From an uncultured bacterium (GTDB lineage Bacteria > Omnitrophota > Omnitrophia > Omnitrophales > Aquincolibacteriaceae), in assembly GCA_964482725.1 (NCBI GenBank), contig CAYZYT010000001.1, forward strand, positions 270,912 to 334,911: 64,000 nt of DNA, in the 5' to 3' direction. This document shows positions 29,301 through 37,560 of the stretch, in pieces. Under the pieces are notes generated by a model. That model did no database searches and was not told the origin of the DNA. It saw only the letters and a program-made list of their open reading frames with translations. A program made the position numbers and the translations under genes. The first letter of the stretch is position 1, and every line of letters starts with the position of its first letter.

Positions 29301-29467
29301 TGGATCAAAAGCGAGACGACGCGTTCGGTGTGTTCTGCGGAGGGAACGATAAAGAAAAGATCGGCGGCAAGCGGATCGGGCGCGTTTGAAAGCGCCGTCC
29401 CGAAGGAATCAAGAAGCTCGTGCGTCTTCCCGCAACCCGCGGGACCGATGAGCAATGTCTTCGACAT
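26327..29467 (-). CDS. AddB-like helicase-nuclease: N-terminal P-loop domain + C-terminal PD-(D/E)XK nuclease with Fe-S cysteines; no addA partner in window
   Basis: Walker A LLIGPAGCGKTHEL. C-terminal nuclease region with Cys before the core (KCPFRYF) and CESFCPYDTVC after it (C-x2-C-x5-C), the AddB iron-sulfur staple arrangement. 1046 aa. Confidence 0.7.
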   Translation of the reverse strand: MSKTLLIGPAGCGKTHELLDSFGTALSNAPDPLAADLFFIVPSAEHTERVVSLLIQRGLKGFFHKRVTTLSRLAGDLFRVADIPVASSLTRTMIVRDLLRENAWDYFMEVYEQPGFLGLMAQFITELKESCISSEVFRKRMNTLKGFEPAYVAKYEALADFYEQYEARLKKNGLRDSQDSLRLFREKKKKAEAPGMRFKAIWIDGFFDFSNLQLEYLRELSAITENITITLTKEEGREEAFEAVSQTQKDLEKLGFKARTLKAHSYRTEKTSLLFLQKNIFSQKSRNPVPAIGQDIVMLDAIGTEGEIELIARQIHKLYATGDYRYSDFAVLFRQIRHYAPVIASVFSRYGIPAEVHERDRLKFSSWIAATSSLLSIFRNAWQREDVFAFLKSGYTRRLGKDRAKDEAWLAEFEQRSFLEGVAGTREAWMADWMRGDGESLADFNVKKAATLEALIELEDRFRRVQTAEEHVRIFKRAVYDTFGILEISDGYTSFTRRDAACAKRFEALLDEIQSYFLKGKAPEISFDSFADHFLGLVELDVYSLHERDKNRVQVYDVSLARQKEYKVVFVAGLLEKVFPMQVREDPLLSDWERKLMNGDREHPLAECLPRQDIERFFFYVAVTRAKEQLFLSCPHLDFEGKESLPSFYLEEVKDLFEGHVPVMRQDLSRPFPEIEEAITRRELEASVVGALRNAGSPGPAFKKALGQLSGDPQSRQRLLSALKPVEARILDDMILKGKYFEIPETSPTRLETYAKCPFRYFSDKVLKLKEVGGDIRVMQKGSILHHVLQQYFDPKGKKDPKESIEAFIQREMEEGFKRHPMLWAEPYQEALDRRELSEMLLDFMSYEAERLKHSSFKPCYVEYPFGDKDRPAFEIESEGKRIRLRGRVDRIDTDAEKKFAVVIDYKRSAQFKASNLNLGTALQLPLYLLAVQKHLGLAPLGAEIYSIRDHKRSGFYCEGIAETFEKEFSSRSQLPDEVFQKVLGRAVAFVQKFMKAIASAEIPVRPRDCESFCPYDTVCRVEKWKLPIFLEKIRQEDEKEGLGEC

Positions 29468-29482
29468 GTTTTAACAGGCTGT

Positions 29483-29561
29483 CGGATGGCGGAGGGAGGA
29501 TGGCGTTTTCCGAAAAACAGGGAAAGCTAGGCGATATCCGCCCTCCTCCCTCCGCCATCCG
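29483..29561. other. large GC-rich stem-loop (18-bp perfect stem, 43-nt loop) between queD and the AddB-like gene
   Basis: cggatggcggagggagga ... tcctccctccgccatccg. No U-tract after it on either strand, so not a classical intrinsic terminator. Confidence 0.35.
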
Positions 29562-29564
29562 TGA

Positions 29565-30050
29565 TTATTTTTCATAGACCGCGCAGCTGTCCTGATTCTC
29601 CCAAAGCGTGACCTTGGAGACCGGAAGTTTCATGCGACGGGCTTCACAAAAGATCCACCGGGCGAGCATCTCGGCAGTCGGATTCTCTTCCACGAGCACC
29701 ACGGGTTCTCCGGCTTTCTTAAGAAGCTTCGCGAGGGGGTCTTTACTCCAGAGGATCATTTTATGATCAAGATGACAGTCGATCCATTCGCCGATCGTCC
29801 GCTTGATGTCAAAAAAATCCACAACCATCCCCTTGGGGTTGAGCTTGGGACTCGCCATTTCGATCTCCACGCGCGCGCTGTGGCCGTGAAGATGTGAACA
29901 CTTGTGCTGGCCACTCTCTTCTTCCAGCTGAAGGTTGCCAGCACTAGTCCCATTAGCCTTTAAATCTTTTGATGGAGAATGGGGCTTGTCATGCCCCCCC
30001 AGAAGCCGGTGCCCATAATTGAAATAGATCATTTTTGCGACTTTGAACAT
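29565..30050 (-). CDS. queD: 6-carboxy-5,6,7,8-tetrahydropterin synthase (QueD / PTPS family)
   Basis: CxxxHGH motif (CSHLHGHS), FNYGHRLL N-terminus, ~160 aa. Confidence 0.7.
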   Translation of the reverse strand: MFKVAKMIYFNYGHRLLGGHDKPHSPSKDLKANGTSAGNLQLEEESGQHKCSHLHGHSARVEIEMASPKLNPKGMVVDFFDIKRTIGEWIDCHLDHKMILWSKDPLAKLLKKAGEPVVLVEENPTAEMLARWIFCEARRMKLPVSKVTLWENQDSCAVYEK

Positions 30051-30214
30051 AGGAACCCTCTAAAATGGTCTCTGCCGTGACAATGAGGAACATTATGGCT
30101 GATTTTCTCTTCCAAGTAAACCTTTGCACGGAAGGCCTTTGCCATTGCGGGGGTATCGTATAGAATGGCGGCGCTTTCAACGCATACTTTCTCATTCTCA
30201 AAAAAGGATTTTAT

Positions 30215-30787
30215 ATGTCCGAGATCTCGGCCAATGAACTGGAAAAGAAACTTTATATCAATGTGGACGGGCAGCCGTATTTCGTGCTCGACGTTAAATT
30301 TGCGGCGCCAACCGCACGGGGAGCTTCGACCATGGTCAAGGCCAGGGTCCGCAATCTCTTGAACGGCGCGGTGCAAGACAAGACTTTCAAGACCAGTGAA
30401 AAATTCCAGGTTCCGGATGTAGAAAAAGTTCCGGCGGTCTTTCAATACATCACCGGATCCGAATACCACTTCATGGATAACGTAGCTTACGAGGAATTTT
30501 CGCTCACTGCGGAAAAACTTGGGGAACAGAAACTCTATCTGAAAGAAAATCAGGAGCTCCTGGCCCTGAAACTGAACGGCGCCGTGGTCTCCCTGGAACT
30601 TCCGGTGTATGTCGAACTCGCCATCGCGGAAACAGACCCCGTCGTTAAGGGGATCTCCGCCTCGGGGCGGTCTCTAAAAAAAGCGAAGCTCGAAACGGGA
30701 TTGGAAGTCCTGGCCCCCCTCTACGCGGAAACAGGCACTATCTTGCGCGTCAATACCGAGACCGGAGAAGTTTCCGGACGCGCTTAA
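30215..30787 (+). CDS. efp: elongation factor P (Arg-type loop)
   Basis: Aligns with EF-P throughout (VDGQPYFVLD..., three beta-barrel domains, 190 aa). Loop is TARGAS where E. coli has KPGKGQA. Confidence 0.8.
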   Translation: MSEISANELEKKLYINVDGQPYFVLDVKFAAPTARGASTMVKARVRNLLNGAVQDKTFKTSEKFQVPDVEKVPAVFQYITGSEYHFMDNVAYEEFSLTAEKLGEQKLYLKENQELLALKLNGAVVSLELPVYVELAIAETDPVVKGISASGRSLKKAKLETGLEVLAPLYAETGTILRVNTETGEVSGRA

Positions 30788-30790
30788 AAG

Positions 30791-31084
30791 TCAGACTTCG
30801 ACGCCCATTCCGGCATCGACGGGCGCATCATCCATCGGCATGTTTTCAGGCGCTCTTTCACCGGGCATATTTTCCGAATCTCCCTCAAAGGCCGAAGGAT
30901 CTGACTCACCGGTATCCTCCTGTGTGAACACCTCTTCGACAGCGCCTGAGGAAACCGCATTCGGAGCGCTGGCCCGTCCCTCTTCGCTGATAATGGAATC
31001 ATCGCCTTCGGCATAGAGCGCCGGCACTCCCGTCAAAGCAACGAGAAAAAGAAACACCAACCCAACGATCATTTTTTCTTTCAC
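30791..31084 (-). CDS. small secreted acidic protein (hypothetical)
   Basis: Signal peptide MKEKMIVGLVFLFLVALTGVPALYA; Asp/Glu-rich mature part. Confidence 0.4.
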   Translation of the reverse strand: MKEKMIVGLVFLFLVALTGVPALYAEGDDSIISEEGRASAPNAVSSGAVEEVFTQEDTGESDPSAFEGDSENMPGERAPENMPMDDAPVDAGMGVEV

Positions 31085-31119
31085 ATTTCCTCCTTTGTAA
31101 TAAACCTTCGCCGTCTTTT

Positions 31120-31187
31120 CGTCATTCCCGCGAAAGCGGGAATCCAGAAAGAGTCTGGATCTCCGACAGAAACATCCGGGGATGACA
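31120..31187. repeat. copy 3 of bipartite palindromic MITE-like element
   Basis: gtcattcccgcgaaagcgggaatcc + ggatctccgacagaaacatccggggatgacat; hairpin order inverted relative to copies 1 and 2. Confidence 0.6.
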
Positions 31188-31198
31188 TAAAATCATGG

Positions 31199-31744
31199 CT
31201 AGGGATACTTGTTGAATGAACTGATCTCGGTTAAAACTTTCCTCGTTTTCGGAACGATCTTCTCTTCAGCGGGATAACCGAGGGAGATCACAATATCGAT
31301 CTTTTTGTTTCCGGAGATCCGGAGTTCCTCCTTCAAAGCTTTTTCATCGAACCACCCCATCCAACAGCTTCCGATCCCGAGTTCCTGCGCCTGCAGGATC
31401 AAATGCTCGCATGCGATCCCGACATCCATCAGGGCATACTGCGTGCCCCGCACCTGACTTCCGACCGCGGCGAGAAATTTCATTTTTTCAGAAACCACCG
31501 CCACAAGCACGGGAGCCTCTTTCGCGAATTCGTTCATCGAATAAAGCCCGGAAAAGATCCGCGCCGCCACACGCTTTCTGAGCTCCGGTTCATCGATCAC
31601 GATGTAATGCCATGGCTGGGAATTGCACGCTGAGGGCGCAATCCGCGCCGCTTCGAGACACTTGAGAAGATCTTCTTTAGCGACCGGGCGGTCAGAATAC
31701 TTGCGAACACTTCTGCGTTTTTGGATCAGCTCTGAAAAATTCAT
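31199..31744 (-). CDS. nitroreductase family protein
   Basis: RRSVRKY...PSACNSQPW motifs, 181 aa. Confidence 0.8.
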   Translation of the reverse strand: MNFSELIQKRRSVRKYSDRPVAKEDLLKCLEAARIAPSACNSQPWHYIVIDEPELRKRVAARIFSGLYSMNEFAKEAPVLVAVVSEKMKFLAAVGSQVRGTQYALMDVGIACEHLILQAQELGIGSCWMGWFDEKALKEELRISGNKKIDIVISLGYPAEEKIVPKTRKVLTEISSFNKYP

Positions 31745-31751
31745 TAGGAGA

Positions 31752-32924
31752 TCATCCGGAAATGTCGATGAGCCGCTGGATCACTTCTTCGACCAGGCGA
31801 TTCGGGGTAGAAGCCCCGGCGGTAATCCCCACTTTGATCTCTCCCGACGAAAGCCAGTCCGAAGTCTCGATCGCTTCCTGGGCGCCGATCTTTTTATGCC
31901 GGATCTTCCCGCCGGAAAGGATCGAAGACGCGTCTTCCACGTGATAGGCCGGACAGAATTCCGAAGCGATCTCCGCCAAATGACCGGTGTTGCTCGATTT
32001 GTAACCCCCGATCACGAGAATGACATCCATTTTTTTCTCCCCCAGTTCGCGGATCGCGTCCTGCCGGTCCTGCGTCGCCGAACAGATCGTGTCAAAATGA
32101 CGGAAACGAGCCGGAAGTTCGGCGTCGCTATAACGCGCCCGGAGAGCCTCGCGAAGCATTTCTGAGATCTCGATCGATTCGCGTGACAACATGGTCGTCT
32201 GGTTCGCGAACCCGATCTTTCCAAGATCCTTGTCCGGATCAAAACCCTCCGAACAAGCATTTTTAAAAGTTGAGAGGAACGAGTCCCTCGGAATAAGCCC
32301 CTTGATATACCCGCAAACCTGCCCGGCCTGCGCTTGATCTTTGACCACCAGATACTTCGCGGCCCGCGAGCAGGTGGCCCGCGTCTCCTCGTGATCGTAT
32401 TTGCCGTGGATCACCGACGTGAACCCATCCTGGCTGTAGGATTCCACGCGACGCCAGACACTCATCACAGACCCGCAGGTCGTGTCCACGATCACACAGC
32501 GTTTCTTCTGAAATTCCTTCTGCGCTTCGACCGGCACCCCGAACGCAGGCATGATCACCACATCTTTCTCGGTGATCTCGGAACGCGAAGCATTGTCGGT
32601 GAGGATCTTCACTCCCATCCCCTGAAGTTCCGCGTTCACTCGAGGATTGTGAATGATCTCATTGGTCAGATAGATACGCCGGTCCGGGAAACGGGCACGC
32701 GTCTCGTAGGCATATTCCACCGCGCGCTCGACGCCGTAACAAAAACCGAATTCCTTCGCGAGATGGATCTCGAGACGGCCCGCTTTCAGAGAAAATCCGG
32801 CCGCGCGCACTTTATCGATGAGAGGACTGTGGTAGCTTTGATCGAGCTGATGCTGAACGATCCCTTTGAGCCCGAAACTTGTACGAAAGGTTTTTCCAGT
32901 TTCGGTCATGGGAAGGCCTGTCAA
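31752..32924 (-). CDS. ispH: 4-hydroxy-3-methylbut-2-enyl diphosphate reductase, long form
   Basis: Motifs FCYGVERAV, TCGSV, ANQTTM, GASTP with N-terminal extension (390 aa). Confidence 0.85.
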   Translation of the reverse strand: MTGLPMTETGKTFRTSFGLKGIVQHQLDQSYHSPLIDKVRAAGFSLKAGRLEIHLAKEFGFCYGVERAVEYAYETRARFPDRRIYLTNEIIHNPRVNAELQGMGVKILTDNASRSEITEKDVVIMPAFGVPVEAQKEFQKKRCVIVDTTCGSVMSVWRRVESYSQDGFTSVIHGKYDHEETRATCSRAAKYLVVKDQAQAGQVCGYIKGLIPRDSFLSTFKNACSEGFDPDKDLGKIGFANQTTMLSRESIEISEMLREALRARYSDAELPARFRHFDTICSATQDRQDAIRELGEKKMDVILVIGGYKSSNTGHLAEIASEFCPAYHVEDASSILSGGKIRHKKIGAQEAIETSDWLSSGEIKVGITAGASTPNRLVEEVIQRLIDISG

Positions 32925-33949
32925 GAGGAAGTGATCTTGCGGACCGTCACGCCGGCCTGCTCTAAGAGTTTAAGAGCGATCTCCAGGAACGGATAATTCC
33001 CCTGGAAGACGACTTCGCCGATTCCGGAATTGATGATCATCTTCGTGCACATAAGACAGGGAGAGAAAGTCGTGTAAAGCGTGGCACCTTTAACGCTTAC
33101 ACCATGGTAGGCCGCTTGCACGATCGCATTCTCTTCGCCGTGCGAGCAAAGACATTCTCCGAGATCTTTCCCGGAAGCATCGATCGCACTGCAGCGAGGA
33201 CAACCGCCGTCGCTACAGTTCTTGATCCCCCGGGGCGTTCCGTTGTAACCCGTCGAAATGATACGCTTGTCCTTCACGATCACGGCGGCGATCTTCCGTT
33301 TCATGCAGTTGGCGCGCAAGGCCACGACCTTGGCGATATTCATGAAATATTCATCCCATCCCGGCCGCGGGGCTTTTTGCGCGAGTTCGAGAAAGAGAGC
33401 CTTCACCTTCTCATGCATTTCCTTCAGAGGCCCGTTGTTGTCCACCCGCAGATCCGCCAGGGCGATCGCCTGATCAAGTTGTTGGTCCGTCTTGCTTTCG
33501 CTTTTTGCTTCCTTGGCCTCCAACGCCTGAAAATCCTCCCACACCCGGGGATCATTTTCCCGGCCGCGCTGCTTCAGACGTTCGAAACGGAGCCGTTCCG
33601 GAGCCTGAATGCGAACGAGGGTGAAATCATTGCGACGACGGAAGACCTGAACTTCGGACGGATGACGGATGGAATCGATCACATAATTCTTTTCCGGGTC
33701 CAGCTTGGCGAAGATCCGTTCGGCAAGACAGCCCGGCCCTTCTTTTTCGCGCAGTTCATTGCCAAGAGCGACCAAGACATCCCGGGCGATCTCCTGCCCG
33801 CGTTTCTTGGCCTCCTCCCGGAGCGCATCGGAAAGCGAATAATAATGGAAGCCCCGTTCTTTCAGAAAATTCGCCGCTTCCCCTTTACCCGATCCGTTCT
33901 TGCCCGTCAGTCCGATGATCATAAGATTCCTTTTGAGGGGTGGCTCCAA
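32921..33949 (-). CDS. fusion protein: N-terminal P-loop nucleoside/nucleotide kinase-like domain + C-terminal dCMP (cytidine/deoxycytidylate) deaminase domain
   Basis: P-loop IIGLTGKNGSGKG; deaminase zinc motifs HGEENAI and PCLMCTKMI. Overlaps ispH by 4 bp. True start may be 33922 (MIIGLTG). Confidence 0.7.
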   Translation of the reverse strand: MEPPLKRNLMIIGLTGKNGSGKGEAANFLKERGFHYYSLSDALREEAKKRGQEIARDVLVALGNELREKEGPGCLAERIFAKLDPEKNYVIDSIRHPSEVQVFRRRNDFTLVRIQAPERLRFERLKQRGRENDPRVWEDFQALEAKEAKSESKTDQQLDQAIALADLRVDNNGPLKEMHEKVKALFLELAQKAPRPGWDEYFMNIAKVVALRANCMKRKIAAVIVKDKRIISTGYNGTPRGIKNCSDGGCPRCSAIDASGKDLGECLCSHGEENAIVQAAYHGVSVKGATLYTTFSPCLMCTKMIINSGIGEVVFQGNYPFLEIALKLLEQAGVTVRKITSS

Positions 33950-34548
33950 AAATCAGGTGCGTAGAAACGCTGATCGTCCGCGTGCCGCTCCACCAAGATA
34001 AGGTAACAAGCATTCTTGCCGTCTTTCACCTCAGGCAAGGCAGCGATTTCGCGAAGTGTTTCCCCGTGTTTCCCGGCCGGAGGTCTTAAAAAACCCACCG
34101 ACTGTTTCTCCATACGGAAAGAGGCCTCTTCAATATCCTCCACCCGAAGAGCCATGGCATAAGGCTTTTTGTCCCCGAAATACGCGACCCAATCCAGCCC
34201 GGCCTTTTCATGAGGATGCTCAACGAGGATCGACGGGGAGCCTCCTCGGCGCAAAACCTCCACCCCATGCCCTTTATGCTCAAGGACTTTGGCTCCGAGA
34301 TCTCTTTCATAGCCCATCTCAAGGAATTCATTCGCCCTTTCCTTCAAGTGAACCGTACGGAAAATAAAATGGTCCAGGACGGGGCGAAGGCCGATCCCCA
34401 CGAGCGACAAGCCGCGCGTCACGACACGGGCCGCGGCATTTTCAGCGGCAAGATCAGCCGCGTACTTCTTTAAGACCTGTTCCAGAATGGCGGGGTCCTT
34501 GCAACCTGAAACGGATGGCATCTTATATTCCTTATCGGTCAAAGACAA
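33919..34548 (-). CDS. VOC (glyoxalase/bleomycin-resistance/dioxygenase) fold protein, hypothetical
   Basis: Two beta-alpha-beta-beta-beta-like halves (LDHFIFRTVHLKERANEFLEMGY... / YAMALRVEDIEEASFRM). Assignment tentative. Confidence 0.45.
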   Translation of the reverse strand: MSLTDKEYKMPSVSGCKDPAILEQVLKKYAADLAAENAAARVVTRGLSLVGIGLRPVLDHFIFRTVHLKERANEFLEMGYERDLGAKVLEHKGHGVEVLRRGGSPSILVEHPHEKAGLDWVAYFGDKKPYAMALRVEDIEEASFRMEKQSVGFLRPPAGKHGETLREIAALPEVKDGKNACYLILVERHADDQRFYAPDFWSHPSKGIL

Positions 34549-34607
34549 AGTTTGCCTGCCCCGGCGGGCGGAGCAGGCAAGCTAAAGAAAACTTCAAACC
34601 CAAGCTC

Positions 34608-34919
34608 TTATTTCAGTATGTTCCCGGATTTCTTCGGAGCTTCATCCTTCGAACGAGGCGTCGCTTTGGGGTTCGCCTTAAATTGAGGCGCCAGATCCGC
34701 ATTGATCTTGGCATAGGTCGGATCCATATCTTCGGATTCGACGATCGAGCCTACCGGACATTCCGCCGCGCAGGCGCCACAGGAAATGCAGGTCGCCGGA
34801 TCGATCACCATGAAATCTTTGCCTTGATACGTTCCGGGATAAATCGCTTCGGTGGGGCATACCCCGGCGCAGAGACCGTAGCGTTCGCCGTGACATTTCT
34901 CAGTAATAACATAAGCCAT
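34608..34919 (-). CDS. ferredoxin (7Fe-type: 3Fe-4S + 4Fe-4S pattern)
   Basis: CxxxxxxCxxxCP and CxxCxxCxxxCP cysteine spacing; 103 aa. Confidence 0.8.
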   Translation of the reverse strand: MAYVITEKCHGERYGLCAGVCPTEAIYPGTYQGKDFMVIDPATCISCGACAAECPVGSIVESEDMDPTYAKINADLAPQFKANPKATPRSKDEAPKKSGNILK

Positions 34920-34964
34920 TTTATAATTCTCCTTGATGGGTGCTGGTTTTGAAAGAGCCGTATT

Positions 34965-35867
34965 TTAACCGCTGCTTCCCCCATCGTCAATGCTTTCAAA
35001 CCCGCAGTGCAACCTCGCAAGCGACAGCTTCATGACCTCAAGGCGGGCGATCCTGTCTTCCATGGAAGGATGCGTGCTGAAAAGAGAGCACCCGCCCTTG
35101 CCCGAAAGTGGATTTACGATAAAAAGATGGGCCGTTGCGGGATCGGCATCACGAAGCGGCAGTCGCTGAGAGGCGATATCGATCTTTCGAAGCGCGCTGG
35201 CCAGATAAAGAGGTTCCTCGCATAGCTCGGCGCCACGCCGATCGGCGGCATATTCTCTTGCGCGGGAGATCGCGAGTTGAATCAGGAGCGCAGCAAGCGG
35301 CATCAGGATCGAGGCCAGGACCCAAGCCAACGGATGTGTGCTATCACGCTCGTCACGCTCCCCTCCCCAGAAAAATGACCAACGAGCCATGGAAGCAACA
35401 CGGCTGAGCGCCCCGGCCAGGGTCGCAACGATTGAGGCCAGCAGAACATCTCGATTCAGAATATGCGAAAGCTCGTGCCCGAGCACGCCGGAGAGCTCTT
35501 CTCTATTAAGAAGCCCGACGATCCCGTGCGTGATCGCGATCGCCGCGTGTTGGGGATCGCGACCCGTAGCAAAGGCGTTCGCCGAAGCCGAGGGAAGCAT
35601 ATAAAGCCTCGGCGCCGGGATCCCCGCTTTTGCCGAAAGGTTTCTTACTAATTCAAAAACTTCGGGGGCTTCCGCTTCAGCCAGGGATTGAGCCCGGTAC
35701 ATCGCAAGCACAATCTTGTCACTGAACCAGTAAGATCCTAAATTAATCAGGCCGGCAAACACGCATGCCGCCATCATTCCCTGCCGCCCACCCAACGCGT
35801 GACCGCACAAAACCACAAACAACGAGAGGAGCGTCAGCAGGATCGCGGTTTTGAGAGCATTCCTCAT
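34965..35867 (-). CDS. htpX: M48 zinc metalloprotease HtpX
   Basis: HELSH zinc motif, TM helices, NAFATG motif; 300 aa. Confidence 0.85.
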   Translation of the reverse strand: MRNALKTAILLTLLSLFVVLCGHALGGRQGMMAACVFAGLINLGSYWFSDKIVLAMYRAQSLAEAEAPEVFELVRNLSAKAGIPAPRLYMLPSASANAFATGRDPQHAAIAITHGIVGLLNREELSGVLGHELSHILNRDVLLASIVATLAGALSRVASMARWSFFWGGERDERDSTHPLAWVLASILMPLAALLIQLAISRAREYAADRRGAELCEEPLYLASALRKIDIASQRLPLRDADPATAHLFIVNPLSGKGGCSLFSTHPSMEDRIARLEVMKLSLARLHCGFESIDDGGSSG

Positions 35868-35868
35868 T

Positions 35869-36864
35869 TTACGAAGAAGGCAGAGAATGAAGCCTTTGCT
35901 TCAAAAGTTTTTGATCGATCAGTTGGGTCTTGTAGGTTGCAACCTTAATGGGAGACGCCGCTTTGCTGACGGCAATTCTCACCACCTCGTCATTCTTGGA
36001 TTTGCAGAGGATAATCCCCACCGACGGATTCTCTGGCCCAAGTTTCGCTGTTTCGTCCAAGACCGAAAGGTAAAACTGCATCTTCCCTACATATTTCGGC
36101 CTGAATCCTCCGATTTTCAATTCAACCGCTACGAAACACCGCAAAAGACGGTGAAAAAACAAAAGATCCACGAAGTAATCTTCGCCGCCAGCGGTCAGAC
36201 GGTATTCCTCTCCGGCAAGCGTGAAGTGGCGTCCAAACTCCAAAAAAAAGTCCCTAAGCTTCCTCAAAATCGCTTTCCTCAACTCTTTTTCACCAAAAGG
36301 ATCCTTCACATCCAAGAAATCGAGAACGTATTCATCCCGGAAATGCTCCAAAACATCCGGAGGATTTATCTGTCGGGATTTGGTAAGATCCTTTTTCGCA
36401 CAACGGGTCCGTTCAAATAGAGACGAATCTATCTGCCGTTCCAATTCTCGCCGACTCCAACGCTCCCCGGCACAGGTCCTCAGATAAAACTCCTGTTCCT
36501 CCGGTATCCGAGCCTGATGCAGAATAATTAGATTATGAGACCACGGTATTTCTGCAACCAGGGGTTGCAGTTTTGACCGGCCTTCATAAGTTTCATACAA
36601 TTTTTTCATCTCCCAAAGATTTCGGCTTGAGAACCCTTTCATGAAAGGAAAATCCGCTCGAAGATCCCCGGCAAGCATTTCAATAACCCCTTGTCCCCGT
36701 TTGGAAGTCTCGACCCAACCATGAAGTTTTTCACCAATATCCCAATACAAAGCAATAAGCTCCTTATTGACAGCTTTCAGCGCTGCGTATTGCGCCTCCC
36801 GGATCCGCGATTTGATGTCCTTCAGAAGTCCGGCATAGTGTACCGATAGCTTGTGGGTTTTCAT
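35869..36864 (-). CDS. DUF1016 / YhcG-family PDDEXK nuclease-like protein
   Basis: Core DLLFFHRLLRCFVAVELKIG...GKMQFYL with N-terminal helical domain. Homologous (~35% by eye) to 52342..53358. Separated from htpX by 1 bp. Confidence 0.7.
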   Translation of the reverse strand: MKTHKLSVHYAGLLKDIKSRIREAQYAALKAVNKELIALYWDIGEKLHGWVETSKRGQGVIEMLAGDLRADFPFMKGFSSRNLWEMKKLYETYEGRSKLQPLVAEIPWSHNLIILHQARIPEEQEFYLRTCAGERWSRRELERQIDSSLFERTRCAKKDLTKSRQINPPDVLEHFRDEYVLDFLDVKDPFGEKELRKAILRKLRDFFLEFGRHFTLAGEEYRLTAGGEDYFVDLLFFHRLLRCFVAVELKIGGFRPKYVGKMQFYLSVLDETAKLGPENPSVGIILCKSKNDEVVRIAVSKAASPIKVATYKTQLIDQKLLKQRLHSLPSS

Positions 36865-37560
36865 GCGAGAACGATAACATAATGTTTATTTAAAAGCAAT
36901 ATAATGCTGCGTTATAATCATTTTTAAAAGACGAGCGCCCTCGTCGTTGATCCGAAGAATCGTTACTGGGGGCTTATCACAAGATCTTCAAAATCGCCCG
37001 AACAATGGTTGGCTGGCATATTACAAGCAGACCCAGGCACGCAGACTAAAGACGGCACACTAAGGTAGGGCACGTTTAAACGCGCCCTACGCATTATGAG
37101 CAGATCCAGTCAGAGCATATTGCGGTCCCAATACCTTTCAATTTCAGAGGATCTGAAATTGGGGCCGTCCCAACTACCATTTTGGAAAAGAATAAGAAAG
37201 TTGAGGCGGAGGCAATTCAATATCGGAGTTTGGACCGGCAGTGTTATGGATAACAGCCTAACTAAAAAAATACCCCCATACACAGGGACGGTTCTCGCTA
37301 ACCCGCATCGTGCCAAACACTTACAAGAGAATCGTCCCCTAAGAAAGGAGTGACCTGTCACCGAGGCTTTCGAGATTCCAAATATCAACACACTCCTATT
37401 TTCAGATCTGCGTAGAAGATTACGTCTGGAGCAATGCCTTCAGGGACGGTTCTTGTGTATCCCTAAGCCCTATCACCTGTTAGCAAGAACCGTCCCTAGG
37501 AGGCTGAAGACAGCCAATTCTTGTTCTGATTCTTAAGATCGTCCGAACAATCAGAAGCGG
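36865..37560. repeat. 690-bp repeat-rich non-coding region (candidate small mobile element / ncRNA locus)
   Basis: Imperfect 17-26 bp direct repeat aagatc..tcgcccgaacaat (36978-37003) and aagatcgtccgaacaat (37536-37552). Palindrome gtagggcacgtttaaacgcgccctac (~37065-37090), hairpin caatttcagaggatctgaaattg, and gggacggttct / agaaccgtccc inverted repeats (37282-37500). Confidence 0.35.
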
